Assembly (NCBI GenBank): GCA_964236265.1
Contig: CAXSDE010000004.1
Coordinates: 32,331-96,330, forward strand
Length of the DNA: 64,000 bases
DNA from: an uncultured bacterium
GTDB taxonomy: Bacteria > Actinomycetota > Actinomycetes > JAVEEB01
Direction: 5' to 3'
The position numbers were made by a program, and so were the translations under genes. Under the pieces are notes generated by a model. That model searched no databases. It was not told where the DNA came from and saw nothing but the letters and a program-made list of their open reading frames with translations. Positions 51,936 to 62,058 of the stretch are shown here, piece after piece (positions within the stretch are counted from its first letter, which is position 1; every line of letters begins with the position of its first letter).

Positions 51936-52670
51936 ATGAGCTTCCGAGGAACAGGAGACGTCGTGACCACGACCACCGCGGCGCTGCCGAGGCTGCTCGT
52001 CGTGGATGACGAGCCCAACATCCTCGAGTTGCTGGGCGCGAGTCTGCGCTATGAGGGGTTCGAGATCGCGACCGCGACGAACGGGCGCGAGGCGCTGGCC
52101 CTCGCGCGGACCTTCCGGCCGGACGCCCTGGTCGTGGATGTGATGATGCCGATCATGGACGGGTTCGACATGACCCGCCGGATGCGTGCGGACGGTCTGC
52201 TCGCCCCCGTGCTGTTCCTCACCGCTAGGGACGGCACCGACGACAAGGTCACCGGGCTCACGCTCGGCGGCGACGACTACGTCACCAAGCCGTTCAGCCT
52301 CGACGAGCTCGTCGCGCGGCTGCGGGCGCTGCTGCGCCGCCACGGCTCGGGGGAGCCCACCACCTCGGCGCGGTTGGCGTTCGCGGACGTCGAGCTCGAC
52401 GACGACACGCACGAGGTCATCAAAGCCGGCGAGTCGGTGACGCTGTCGCCGACCGAATTCAAGCTGCTGCGCTATTTCCTGCTCAACCCGGGCCGCGTGC
52501 TGTCGAAGGCGCAGATCCTCGACCACGTGTGGCAGTACGACTTCGGTGGCGACGCCAACATCGTCGAGTCCTACATGTCCATGCTGCGCCGGAAGGTGGA
52601 CACCGGCGATCCGCGATTGCTCCATACCTTGCGCGGAGTGGGATACGTGTTGCGCGTCCCGCGTCGATGA
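51936..52670 (+). CDS. OmpR-family two-component response regulator
   Basis: Receiver domain (LLVVDDEPNILELL...D...DVMMP...K) plus a winged-helix output domain (LSPTEFKLLRYFLLNPGRVLSKAQIL). Confidence 0.9.
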   Translation: MSFRGTGDVVTTTTAALPRLLVVDDEPNILELLGASLRYEGFEIATATNGREALALARTFRPDALVVDVMMPIMDGFDMTRRMRADGLLAPVLFLTARDGTDDKVTGLTLGGDDYVTKPFSLDELVARLRALLRRHGSGEPTTSARLAFADVELDDDTHEVIKAGESVTLSPTEFKLLRYFLLNPGRVLSKAQILDHVWQYDFGGDANIVESYMSMLRRKVDTGDPRLLHTLRGVGYVLRVPRR

Positions 52671-54292
52671 TCCGTCCCGCCGGCTCCTACCTCGCACGCG
52701 CGCCCTTGCGCGTCAAACTCGTCGCGGCTGTCCTCCTGCTCGTGACGATCGCCCTCGCGGTCGCCGGGCTCCTCGCGACGACTGCATTGCGCAGCTATCT
52801 CGTCTCCCGCGACGACCAGCAGCTGCGCGATGTGCTCGCCGAGGTCGTCCAGTGCACGCCGGCCACCGTGTCGACCACGGGCCGCGACGACCACTTCTGC
52901 GGCCGGTCGGGGCCACGGCCGGGCCGCACCGTCACCGGTAGTGCGGGTGGCGCGGGCACGGCCGCGGGAGGCGCGGGCGCGGGAGGCGCGGGCGCGGGCG
53001 CGGGCGACGGGCCAGGCCGCGCCGCTGGGCCGCCGAGCCCGTTCTTCGTGCAGTTCTCCGCGGGGGACGGGACCGTGTCGACGCAGGTTCTCAACCCGAT
53101 CCGGGTCGGGGGGGAGCACCCGGTGCTGCCCGTCCTGACCCTCGCCGCGGCCCAAACGCGCTCCCGGAAACCGTTCACCGTCGACGGCTCGGCGGGCAGG
53201 ACGCAATGGCGGGTGATGGCCGCCCCTATCGCGTCCGGCGACGGCTCGGTGATGGTCGCGCAGAGCCTGGGACCGGTCGACGCCACGGTCGGACACCTCG
53301 CGCTGCTCGAGGCCATCGTCGGTGCCGCCCTGCTGGTCGCGGTGGCAGTGGTGGGCCGGTTCGTCGTCCGCCGCAGTTTGCGCCCGCTCGAGGACGTCGA
53401 GGCCACTGCCGAGGCCATCGCCGCCGGCGACCTGTCCCAGCGCGTCCCGCACGACGCTCACCCCACGACGGAGGTCGGCCGGTTGTCGGCCGCGCTCAAC
53501 GGCATGTTGCACCAGATCGAGACCGCCTTCGCCGAACGTGCGGCGTCCGAATCGGCGGCGCGGGAGTCCGAGGAGCGCATGCGCCGCTTCGTCGCGGACG
53601 CCAGCCACGAGTTGCGTACGCCGCTCACGTCCATCCACGGCTTCGCCGACCTCGTCGGTCGCGGCGCCGTCGAGGACCTGCCCGAGATCGTGCGCTTCAT
53701 GGCGCGGATCGAGGGCGAGGCGGACAGGATGCGCGGCCTCGTCGAGGATCTCCTGCTCCTGGCCCGCCTGGACGAGCAGCGCCCGCTCGACCTTGTCGCG
53801 GTGCCACTCGTCGACGTGGCGGCGGACGTGGTGCTCGACGCCGAAGCCCTCGAGCCGGGGCGGGCGATCACGCTCGTCGTCGACGACAACGAGTTGCCGT
53901 CGGTCCTGGCGGACGAGACGCGGCTGCGTCAGGTCGTCACCAACCTCGTGCGCAACGCCATCGTCCATACGCCGTCGACGGCGTCCGTCACCGTGCGGGT
54001 CGCGACAGTGGATGCGGACGGTGAACGGTGGGGTGCGCTGGAGGTCATCGATGACGGGCCCGGCCTGAGCGCGCAGGACGCGGCCCGTGTGTTCAGCCGC
54101 TTCTACCGCGTCGACGCGTCGCGCAGCCGGGACCAGGGCGGCAGCGGACTCGGCCTGTCGATCGTGAGCGCGCTGGTCGCCGCGCACCACGGGAGGGTTC
54201 AGCTGGACACGGAGGTGGGCCGCGGCGCGACGTTCCGGGTGCTGCTGCCGCTGGTCGCATCGAGGACGACGGTCACCGGTTTGACCGGTTGA
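52667..54292 (+). CDS. sensor histidine kinase
   Basis: Two TM helices, a HAMP domain, an H-box (FVADASHELRTPLTSI), and N/G1/G2 boxes (LVRNAIVHTP, DDGPGL, GGSGLGLSIV). ATG overlaps the regulator stop. Confidence 0.85.
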   Translation: MIRPAGSYLARAPLRVKLVAAVLLLVTIALAVAGLLATTALRSYLVSRDDQQLRDVLAEVVQCTPATVSTTGRDDHFCGRSGPRPGRTVTGSAGGAGTAAGGAGAGGAGAGAGDGPGRAAGPPSPFFVQFSAGDGTVSTQVLNPIRVGGEHPVLPVLTLAAAQTRSRKPFTVDGSAGRTQWRVMAAPIASGDGSVMVAQSLGPVDATVGHLALLEAIVGAALLVAVAVVGRFVVRRSLRPLEDVEATAEAIAAGDLSQRVPHDAHPTTEVGRLSAALNGMLHQIETAFAERAASESAARESEERMRRFVADASHELRTPLTSIHGFADLVGRGAVEDLPEIVRFMARIEGEADRMRGLVEDLLLLARLDEQRPLDLVAVPLVDVAADVVLDAEALEPGRAITLVVDDNELPSVLADETRLRQVVTNLVRNAIVHTPSTASVTVRVATVDADGERWGALEVIDDGPGLSAQDAARVFSRFYRVDASRSRDQGGSGLGLSIVSALVAAHHGRVQLDTEVGRGATFRVLLPLVASRTTVTGLTG

Positions 54293-54375
54293 CCGGTTGG
54301 CGGCGCGGGCGCGTCACCCGCGTCTACGGTCATGTCCGAATGCTCCGCCCGCCGGGCTTCGCACGTGTCACGTCG

Positions 54376-55395
54376 TCAGCGACCGCGCCACAGCTCCGCG
54401 ACGAGCTCGAACGACCGTGCGCGGTCGGCCGGGTCGAACGTCGATGTGGTGACCATCAGCTCGTCGGCGCCTGTCGCATCGAGGAGCTGTTGGAGCCCCT
54501 TCCCGACGGTCGCGGCCGAGCCGACGATCTGCGTCGAGAGCCGGTCGTCCACGAAGCGGCGCTCGACGTCCGAGTAGGGGTAGGCCGCGGCTTCCTCCGG
54601 TGTCGGCAGCGTCGAGGGGCGCCCGGAACGCAGCTTGAGGAACGAGAGCAGCCCCGGCTCGGCGAGCACGCCGGCCTGCTCGTCGGTGTCGGCGCAGGTG
54701 ACGCCGGTGGCGACCATGGCGTACGGCTCGGCGAGCGTGTCCGACGGACGGAACAGGGCGCGGTACGCCGTGAGGGCTGGGATCGTGTTGGTCGGCATGA
54801 AGTGGTGGGCGAAGGCGAACGGCAACCCCAGCAGGGCAGCAACCTTGGCGCTGTAATCGCTGGAGCCCAGCAGCCACAGGGCCGGCTGGTGACCGAGCCC
54901 CGGGATCGCGGTGATGGGAGCGAAGGGATGCTCCGCGGGCCAGTCACCCGTGACATAGCCGAGCAACTCGGTCAGCTGGTCGGGGAAGTCATCTGCACCG
55001 AGTGCCTCGGCGGAGCGGCGCAGTGCATACGCGGTGCGCTGGTCGGTGCCGGGCGCACGGCCGATCCCGAGGTCGACGCGACCAGGGTGCAGTGCCTCGA
55101 GCATGCCGAACTGCTCGGCCACCACGAGCGGCGCGTGGTTGGGCAACATGACACCGCCGGAGCCGACGCGGATGCGGTGCGTGGCGGCGGCGATGTGGGC
55201 CAGGAGGACGGGCGGCGATGAGCTGGCGACACCTGGCATGCCGTGGTGCTCGGCCACCCAGAAGCGGGAGAAGCCCAGCCGCTCGACCTGCTGAGCGAGC
55301 GCGATGCTGCCGCGAAGTGCCTGCCCGACGGTCGAGCCGGTGGCGACGGGCGCGAGGTCGAGCACGGACAGCGGAACTTCGGCGAGCGTGGGCAC
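54376..55395 (-). CDS. LLM-class (luciferase-like) flavin-dependent oxidoreductase
   Basis: GTG start [16 protein letters not shown]...[11 protein letters not shown]. The six-frame ORF is over-extended across the tRNA gene. Confidence 0.8.
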   Translation of the reverse strand: MPTLAEVPLSVLDLAPVATGSTVGQALRGSIALAQQVERLGFSRFWVAEHHGMPGVASSSPPVLLAHIAAATHRIRVGSGGVMLPNHAPLVVAEQFGMLEALHPGRVDLGIGRAPGTDQRTAYALRRSAEALGADDFPDQLTELLGYVTGDWPAEHPFAPITAIPGLGHQPALWLLGSSDYSAKVAALLGLPFAFAHHFMPTNTIPALTAYRALFRPSDTLAEPYAMVATGVTCADTDEQAGVLAEPGLLSFLKLRSGRPSTLPTPEEAAAYPYSDVERRFVDDRLSTQIVGSAATVGKGLQQLLDATGADELMVTTSTFDPADRARSFELVAELWRGR

Positions 55396-55471
55396 ACGTC
55401 CCCCAACAACAGCCGCTCGCCGGCGCTTCCGCGCGCGAGGGGTCGTCCACGTCGGCCGTGCCGACTGTGCG

Positions 55472-55544
55472 TGCCCCCGGCAGGATTCGAACCTGCGACA
55501 CACGGTTTAGGAAACCGATGCTCTATCCCCTGAGCTACGGGGGC
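55472..55544 (-). tRNA. tRNA-Arg (anticodon CCT)
   Basis: 73 nt cloverleaf read by hand. Acceptor stem GCCCCCG/CGGGGGC. D-arm GCTC/GAGC. Anticodon loop TTCCTAA. T-arm GCAGG-TTCGAAT-CCTGC. Discriminator A. Confidence 0.9.
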
Positions 55545-55704
55545 GGCGGCAGCAAGATACCGTGCGGGTGCGCGCTCCGTCGCTGCCTGGAGCAGTGTAC
55601 GGGGCGTGGACGCTCGCCCTGCCACGGTCCGCGTAACCCGCCTCGGCGCTGCCGTTTCCGACAGGCCCGTTCGACGCGGCGGGGGCCGTCCGCCGCCGCG
55701 GCGT

Positions 55705-56520
55705 CTATGCCGCGCCGCCGCCGGGACCGGACGCGCCGACATCGACGTTGTCGTCTCTGCCAGCGCGGCGGTGATCGGCAGCCAGCCAGCCGACGAGCGC
55801 GGCGATCGTGACGGCGCCGACCACGGTGACCACGCCGTCGCCGTACCCCGACCCGGTCCTGTCCGTCGGCTTGCCCAGCCAGTCGGCGATCGAGGCGCCG
55901 AGGGGGCGGGTGAGCACGTACGCGCACCAGAATGCCGCGATCGGGTTGAGCCAGCGCCGCCACCACGCGACCGCGGGCACCAGGATCGCGACCCCGAACA
56001 GTGCAGCCGCGGCGAAGTAGCCGAGGTGCAGCGTCAGCGCCGCGACGTCGCCGGCAGCGGTGCCGAGGGCGAACGTCGCCAGAACTGTTGCCCAGTAGAA
56101 CATCTCGCGTCGTCGAGTGGTGATGCTGTGGATCGACAACGTGTGCTCGGCGCGGTGCCAGGTCACGAAGACGACGACAACCGCGAACGCATACAGGGTG
56201 GTCGTGACTCCGTACGGCAAACCGATGACCTTGTGCAGGCCGTCCGCGGCGATGGTCCCGAACACCGCGACCATCGACACGGCCAGCCAGTACGGGACAG
56301 GAGAATAGGCGCGCGTGCGCAGCTGCCACCACAGGGCGCCGAGGAAGCCGAGCAGACCGACGGCGCCGGCAAGGGTGATGCTCGTCGCGGCCAAGTAGTC
56401 CGAGGCGGCCTCGCCGACACCGGTGGTGAGCAGCTTCACCACCCAGAACAGGACAGTGATCTCGGGCACCTTGGTCCGCAGCGGCGTCGACGTGCCGGCA
56501 CGGTGGTCCAACTGCGGCAC
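55705..56520 (-). CDS. hypothetical polytopic membrane protein
   Basis: 271 aa with about 7 hydrophobic helices. Family not recognised. Confidence 0.5.
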   Translation of the reverse strand: MPQLDHRAGTSTPLRTKVPEITVLFWVVKLLTTGVGEAASDYLAATSITLAGAVGLLGFLGALWWQLRTRAYSPVPYWLAVSMVAVFGTIAADGLHKVIGLPYGVTTTLYAFAVVVVFVTWHRAEHTLSIHSITTRRREMFYWATVLATFALGTAAGDVAALTLHLGYFAAAALFGVAILVPAVAWWRRWLNPIAAFWCAYVLTRPLGASIADWLGKPTDRTGSGYGDGVVTVVGAVTIAALVGWLAADHRRAGRDDNVDVGASGPGGGAA

Positions 56521-56819
56521 GCGGGACTCCTGTCGGGATCGTGGGACGGGGACACGACATGTGCACCGGCCGGCCGGCCGCGCATCGGCACGACAATTAC
56601 GCTAGTGGTCGACGTGAGCTGACAGCGCAACGCGGCCACGGCTGACCAGGTTGCGCACAGGTTGCCCGACCTACGGTGCCGGACTTGATGCCTGACAGTG
56701 AGGACCTCAGCCCTGCAACGCTTTCTGGCCAGGCCGTCTGCGTTGCTCCTATGCGTTGCTCGCTGTCTGCGTTGCGCCGCTGTATGCGGCCAGGCCGGCG
56801 ACGCTCCTCGGCGTGCGCG

Positions 56820-58457
56820 TCAGAACCGGTGGGTGCGCCGGAGCCACCACGGACGACCGTCGGGGTCGAACACCGCCGAGTACGCCGGGGCGGCCCACAA
56901 CCTGTTGGCCACGCTCACCGGATCTGGCTCATGCCGGCGGACCTGCCCTCGCGGGCGGTCGTCGCGGGTGCGCGCGACATGCCACGCGTCGAGGCCTGCC
57001 GCCGTGTCGCGCCAGAGGGCGAAGCCCGCGAGAGGGTCGAGCAGCCGCTCATCATCAGCCGGCACTCCGAGATGCTCCGCCCACAGGCGCAACCGAAGGT
57101 CACGCGCCAGCGTGCGGGCCCGGTCGCCCGTGTCGCCCCAGTCGGCCGGGGACCGGTCGTCGCGTGTCTCGTCGATAACGGCGCACGTGATCTCCGAGTC
57201 GCTGGTCCAGGAGCGCCGGTTGAAGTTGTCAGAGCCGACCGTGAACCAGAGGTCATCGACGATGCAGACCTTCGCGTGCACGTAGATGGGCGTGCCGGCA
57301 GCGTTCTCGAGGTCATACACGCCGACGCGGTCACCGCCGGCGGCGCGCAGGATCCGCAGGGCGCGCAGCTGCCCGAGGCGATTCGGCGGACCGCTCAGCG
57401 GGCCATCGGCGTCGGGGTATCGCGGCACGACCACGATCACCCGCAGGTGGGGCTCCCGGCGCAAGGCTTGTGCGATGCCACGTGCGACGAGCCCGGACCA
57501 CAGATACTGGTCCTCGACGTAGATCAGGCGGCTCGCCGAGGTGAACGCCTTCTCGTAGGCCCGCGCGATGCTGCGCTCGCCCCGAGGCGCGTAGGGGTAG
57601 ATCGGGCGCCGCGCACCGTACGTCCGGAGCACTTGCACGGCGTGTGGCCCCGCGGCCGGCGGTGCCGGAAAGTCCTCGGGCAGCACAGGGGGGTGGCGCG
57701 GCAGGTGCGCCATCCGCTGCTCGAGCATGCGGATCGGCGTGCGTCGGTCCAGCGGGTGCGGATCATCCCATCGCTCGAAGAACGTACGCAGGACGTCTGC
57801 CACCGCAGGGCCGCGGACCTCGAGGGACGCGTCGTGCCAAGGGGCCTGGGCGCCGTACCTCTTGTCCATCCGCACGTGTTGCGGATCGCCGCGGTGCTGC
57901 TCGTCGTCGCGGCGCGCGTGGCAAAGGTCGATGCCGCCCACGTAGGCGACTGACTTCTCCGGCGCGTCGCGATGTCGGATGACGAACAGCTTCTGATGGT
58001 GTGAGCCGAAGAGGCGGACACGCTGGTCGAGCAGAACCTGGCCACCTGCCTCGTTGATCTCGGCGCTGAGGGCGGCGTTCTCCTTGCCGCTGAAGGCGGC
58101 GAGATCCGTGTGCGAGCGCCAGATGAGGCCGTGAACGTGGACGCCGGACCGGGCCAGCCTGCACAGCATCTGGGCGATGGTCGGGCCACCCGGGAGAAGC
58201 TGTTCGTCGCCGTCACCGCGCCAGTCGGTGAAATAGACGAAGTCGCCCGGCTGTAGCGCATCGAGCTCCTCGTGCAACCGCCGGAAGTAGGTCGCTCCGT
58301 GCACGAGCGGGTGGACGAGGTTGCCCGACGTCCATGCTTGCTCGCGGCCGTGGTCGATGCGGCTGTGCGGATTGCCCCGCTCCAGGCGCGTCAGGAACCA
58401 TCGGCCGCGCGCGTCGTCTGTCACCCGCGTGAGCTTTCCATCCTCGCCGCCGGCCAA
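56820..58457 (-). CDS. phospholipase D-family protein (two HKD motifs)
   Basis: HQKLFVI...D (first HKD) and HAKVCIVDDLWFTVGSDNFNRRS (second HKD). Confidence 0.8.
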   Translation of the reverse strand: MAGGEDGKLTRVTDDARGRWFLTRLERGNPHSRIDHGREQAWTSGNLVHPLVHGATYFRRLHEELDALQPGDFVYFTDWRGDGDEQLLPGGPTIAQMLCRLARSGVHVHGLIWRSHTDLAAFSGKENAALSAEINEAGGQVLLDQRVRLFGSHHQKLFVIRHRDAPEKSVAYVGGIDLCHARRDDEQHRGDPQHVRMDKRYGAQAPWHDASLEVRGPAVADVLRTFFERWDDPHPLDRRTPIRMLEQRMAHLPRHPPVLPEDFPAPPAAGPHAVQVLRTYGARRPIYPYAPRGERSIARAYEKAFTSASRLIYVEDQYLWSGLVARGIAQALRREPHLRVIVVVPRYPDADGPLSGPPNRLGQLRALRILRAAGGDRVGVYDLENAAGTPIYVHAKVCIVDDLWFTVGSDNFNRRSWTSDSEITCAVIDETRDDRSPADWGDTGDRARTLARDLRLRLWAEHLGVPADDERLLDPLAGFALWRDTAAGLDAWHVARTRDDRPRGQVRRHEPDPVSVANRLWAAPAYSAVFDPDGRPWWLRRTHRF

Positions 58458-58468
58458 CCACCGGCGCG

Positions 58469-59095
58469 TCAGGGGGGAGCCCGCACCGCGACCGACAGTG
58501 CACCTCCTCCGGCCGCGGCCGTCACGCGCGCGGCCGTCCGGTCGTCGGCTGCGAGCAGGAGGACGACCCCTTGGTCGTCGGCCGTGAGCACCCGCAGCAC
58601 GGTGGCCGCGCTGGCGACGGCACCGATGACGGTGCCGGCATCGGAGCGGGCATAGACGTCGATGACCGACCCTGCCTGGACGATTTGGGCAGCCGCGGGG
58701 TCGGCGATGCGGACGGGCACCGCACGCAAACCGGCGCCGAGGCGCTGCAGGAGTCCGGCATCGAGGAGGCGAACGTCGGTGACGGGCTCGAGCCGCCGCA
58801 TCGGCAGCGCGATCCGTTGTCCGACGACGGAGCCGATCAGCCCCACGGCGCCGTCGGCAGCGGTATCGGGCGGCAGCGACACGACGGCGAGATCGTCGGC
58901 GGTGAGCAGCTCGCCCGCGCGGAGGTCGTGGGCAGCCACGACGACCGGCCTGCCGGTCTGCAGCTCCCGGTAGGCGCCGAATCCGGTCAGCACCGCAAGA
59001 GCGGCGAACGCCGCGGCCAACGGACGACGGTGCCAGAGCAGCCGGCGCCGGACGGCCCGCCGAGCGGCGGTGAGTCGGGGATCCATGTCGGCCAA
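58469..59095 (-). CDS. SAF-domain / CpaB(RcpC)-like protein
   Basis: N-terminal TM followed by a SAF-like beta domain. 12 bp upstream of the PLD gene, in the same orientation. Confidence 0.55.
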   Translation of the reverse strand: MADMDPRLTAARRAVRRRLLWHRRPLAAAFAALAVLTGFGAYRELQTGRPVVVAAHDLRAGELLTADDLAVVSLPPDTAADGAVGLIGSVVGQRIALPMRRLEPVTDVRLLDAGLLQRLGAGLRAVPVRIADPAAAQIVQAGSVIDVYARSDAGTVIGAVASAATVLRVLTADDQGVVLLLAADDRTAARVTAAAGGGALSVAVRAPP

Positions 59096-59212
59096 GCTAG
59101 GGCGCCGCCACCGCCCGCGGGCCGCCCGCGGCGGCTCCTGTGGACGAACGGGCGCTGTGGACGAGCGGCTACGTGGCGGCCCCGTCGAACGGCGCCACCG
59201 GCGCCAGTCCCG

Positions 59213-59779
59213 TCAGACGGACGGGCCAGCCGCGCGGGCCCGCTGCACCGCGACGAGTGCGTCTTTCATTCCCTGCAACCAGTCGGCCTCGTGCTGGCCG
59301 ACGAGCCGCACGCACCAGGCCAGCGCGTCGGACCGCGAGCGGGCGACGCCGGCGTCGACGAGCGTGTCCAGCACCAGCCGGTCCGGTTGGCGCAGGCGTG
59401 TCATCACGGGGGCGGACAGGCTCGTGAAGACCTGCCGCGTGTCGCCGCAGGTCGCACCCCAGGCGACGGTGCGCCCGAAGTGGTGCTGCGCCTCGTCGGC
59501 GATCTGCATGCGCTTGTCGCGGGTGTCCTCACGGAAGCGCTTGATGCGCCCCGCCTCCGCCGCGCGCCGCGCCGGCTCATCGCTCCCGGTCGCCGGCTCA
59601 TCGCTCCCGGTCGCCGGTTCGTCGCTCCCGGTCGCCGGTTCGTCGCTCCCGGTCGCCGGCTCGGGCGTGCCGAGCCGTCCGACGATCACGATCTCGTCCT
59701 TGTCAACGGTCACCTCGGGGGCGCCATCGAACCAATCATCCGGCAGTCGGCCGGCCAGCCACGAGGTCAGTGTGTCCAT
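59213..59779 (-). CDS. hypothetical protein with EPATGSD x4 repeat
   Basis: 188 aa. Conserved N-terminus (MDTLTSWLAGRLPDDWFDG) and C-terminus. Internal 21 bp in-frame repeats. Confidence 0.55.
   Translation of the reverse strand: MDTLTSWLAGRLPDDWFDGAPEVTVDKDEIVIVGRLGTPEPATGSDEPATGSDEPATGSDEPATGSDEPARRAAEAGRIKRFREDTRDKRMQIADEAQHHFGRTVAWGATCGDTRQVFTSLSAPVMTRLRQPDRLVLDTLVDAGVARSRSDALAWCVRLVGQHEADWLQGMKDALVAVQRARAAGPSV
59571..59654. repeat. tandem repeat 4 x 21 bp (GCCGGYTCRTCGCTCCCGGTC), in frame
   Basis: Encodes EPATGSD heptads on the minus strand. Confidence 0.7.
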
Positions 59780-59862
59780 GTCCTGATTACATGCTTACAA
59801 ATAGTCTTTGTCAAGGCAGGTCGTGCGACGTAATCATCCCGGCGCGGCTGTGCGGGATCCGG

Positions 59863-60207
59863 TCAGGCGACCTTGTCGCCGCCGCCACTCGACGTCGCAG
59901 GCGCTGCTGGAGCAGGGGCGGGGCTGGCGGCCGGTTCACTCGTCTTCGCCGGCGCGGCCGCGCCCTCTCCCGCGCCGCCGCCGCCCGCTGGAACGGCGGA
60001 CGAGCCACCTTCGGCCGCGGAGGATGTCGACCCGCGGCTGTCGTTGCGGTAGAAGCCGGACCCCTTGAACACGACACCGACAGCTGAGAAGACCTGGCGA
60101 AGCCGGCCGTGGCAGGAGGGGCACTCGGTCAGCCGGGCATCGTTGAAGCCCTGGACGACCTCGAGGGGCTCGTCACAGGCAGTGCACAGATATTGGTACG
60201 TCGGCAC
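59863..60207 (-). CDS. FmdB-family zinc-ribbon protein
   Basis: MPTYQYLCTACDE...LTECPSCHG (CxxC-N-CxxC) followed by a low-complexity Ala/Pro/Gly tail. Confidence 0.8.
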   Translation of the reverse strand: MPTYQYLCTACDEPLEVVQGFNDARLTECPSCHGRLRQVFSAVGVVFKGSGFYRNDSRGSTSSAAEGGSSAVPAGGGGAGEGAAAPAKTSEPAASPAPAPAAPATSSGGGDKVA

Positions 60208-60379
60208 GGTCCACTCCTTGGCACTTGCGGGGTGCGAGTGCTAATGGTGCCTGGCGACGGCGGTCCGCGTCCAGTTGTCGGCGCGCGTGAACTTTGCGCG
60301 ACTTCGTGTGCACGACCGTAAAGCCCGTGTGCGCCCGATTGCCCATGTGTGCGGCCGATACGGCGACGTGTGCGCGACT

Positions 60380-60640
60380 TTGCGCTGGTGTGCGACGGGC
60401 ACCCGAGGGCGGCGGGCGAGCTGATCCATCACAGCGATGCTGGCAGCCAGTTGAATCCGCCCAGTACACGTCGATCCGGCTGACCGAGCATCTCGCGCTC
60501 GAAGAGATCCGGCCCTCGATCGGGTCCGTCGCAGACGCGTACGACAACGCCCTGATGGAGACCATCAACGGTCTCTACAAGGCCGAGTGCATCCGCACGA
60601 CCGTCTTCCACGAAGCGCCTCATCGGGCACCGCGTTCGCG
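60380..60640 (+). pseudogene. IS3-family transposase (OrfB, DDE/rve core) fragment with frameshift
   Basis: AGELIHHSDAGSQ, then after 11 extra nt QYTSIRLTEHLALEEIRPSIGSVADAYDNALMETINGLYKAECI. The N-terminal half and the C-terminal end are missing. Confidence 0.6.
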
Positions 60641-60960
60641 GGGTGATGCGCGCGTCGGAGCTGGTCTTGTTCGACGGCCGCACGCAGGTCGCCAGTCACG
60701 AACGCGCGACGGCGCGGGGCAGTGAGGTTCTGGTCCTCGATCACTACTTGGAAGTGCTGGTCCGTAAGCCGGGGCGCTACCGCGTTGGTCCAGGTGCGGG
60801 CCGCTGGGACGTTCACCAGCGCGCACGACGCGTTCTGGGCCGCGGCCCGGACGAGCCTTGGCGACGATGGCGGCACCCGTGCCCTGGTTGAAGTGTTGCT
60901 CTTGCACCGCCATCACACCCACGCTGATGTCGTCGCGAATATCACCGCAGCGCAGCGGCG
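60640..60960 (+). pseudogene. IS21-family IstA transposase C-terminal fragment (frameshifted)
   Basis: VLDHYLEVLVRKPG, then in another frame AAGTFTSAHDAFWAAARTSLGDDGGTRALVEVLLLHRHHTHADVVANITAA. Confidence 0.5.
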
Positions 60961-61329
60961 GCGCCCTCCACGCGGAGGGCGCCGTCGCTCGTGCGTGTGC
61001 CCGACGGCAATCACGACACCGGCTCCTATCCGGATTTCGGATTTCGTCATGAAAGATCAGATATTAGCGATAGCCCCGGTCGTCAGGTCCGCCGCCGGCA
61101 GCCGTTCCAGCGGCGGCGTCTCACCGGGCCGACCACTCGTTCAGCGACGGCGCCGCTTTGATCGGCGACGGCGGTACGTGAAAGCTTGGCGGCGAGGTTG
61201 TAGAAGACGGTCAGTCCCGGGCTTTCCCGGGTTTCGGCAACGAGCGTGCGCGAGGATGTTCGCTGACATGTCGCTGCGGCAGTCGGATGGGGGGAGTTGG
61301 AGGTTGCTAAGAACCCGAGGCCGACACTT

Positions 61330-61625
61330 GCCCACGACACTGGCTGGAGCGGAAGCGGCGCCGCCTCGCGGCGAAACTCGTCAACGAACTCATCGAAGCC
61401 GCCGACGAACGTCAACTTTCCCGGACCATCGCCCGCTACGGTCGCGTTGAGCTGCTCTTCCAAGTCCTCACCGAACGTGAAGAAAAGACCGCAGTCGCGA
61501 TCGCCAGCAACGACAGCTTCAGCGGCTGGACCAAACCCTTCACCGACCCCCGGCTCTGCGCCGCGATCGTCGACCGGCTCACCTTCGGCGGCAACATCAT
61601 CGAGACCGGGACCAGCAGCTACTGA
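61330..61625 (+). pseudogene. IS21-family IstB helper ATPase C-terminal fragment
   Basis: ELLFQVLTEREEKTAVAIASNDSFSGWTKPFTDPRLCAAIVDRLTFGGNIIETGTSSY* is the canonical IstB C-terminus. No Walker motifs are present upstream. Confidence 0.6.
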
Positions 61626-62058
61626 CTCGCCCACGCCCGCAGTCAACGACACCAAGGTGGGGCCACTTCAAGCCGTCCCACTGGGGCCAAGTCGGGTTGA
61701 CACGGCCAATGGTCCGAACTCGACGACGCGCATGAGCGCCTCGACTACCTCACCGCTGTGAACCGAGCGTCCACGAGGCGGAAGCGTTCATGGCCGCTCG
61801 CGTCCTGAACGCGCTCACCCACGAGTGCTTCCCCGTTGATCCGGTGCAGTTGCTCACCTTGACCTGGACGCGTTCACCGGACGCGGCCGCGCCGCCCTGT
61901 CCTATGGCGACACGAGCAGTACCGACAACGTCGGGTCATGGTGCCGGGACAGCTTCAGCGAGCACAAGGTGCTCTCGCACCTGGTTGCCGACGGCAGCCG
62001 CTGCGCGCGGGCTGGTGGTCGAGCGGCACAACGGGACCCCCGCAGGTGACCGGCGGCG

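Noticed and set aside
54376-55503. 375-aa version of the LLM oxidoreductase ORF
   Set aside because: Its first 36 codons run through the tRNA-Arg gene. A GTG at 55395 preceding the conserved N-terminus is the plausible start.
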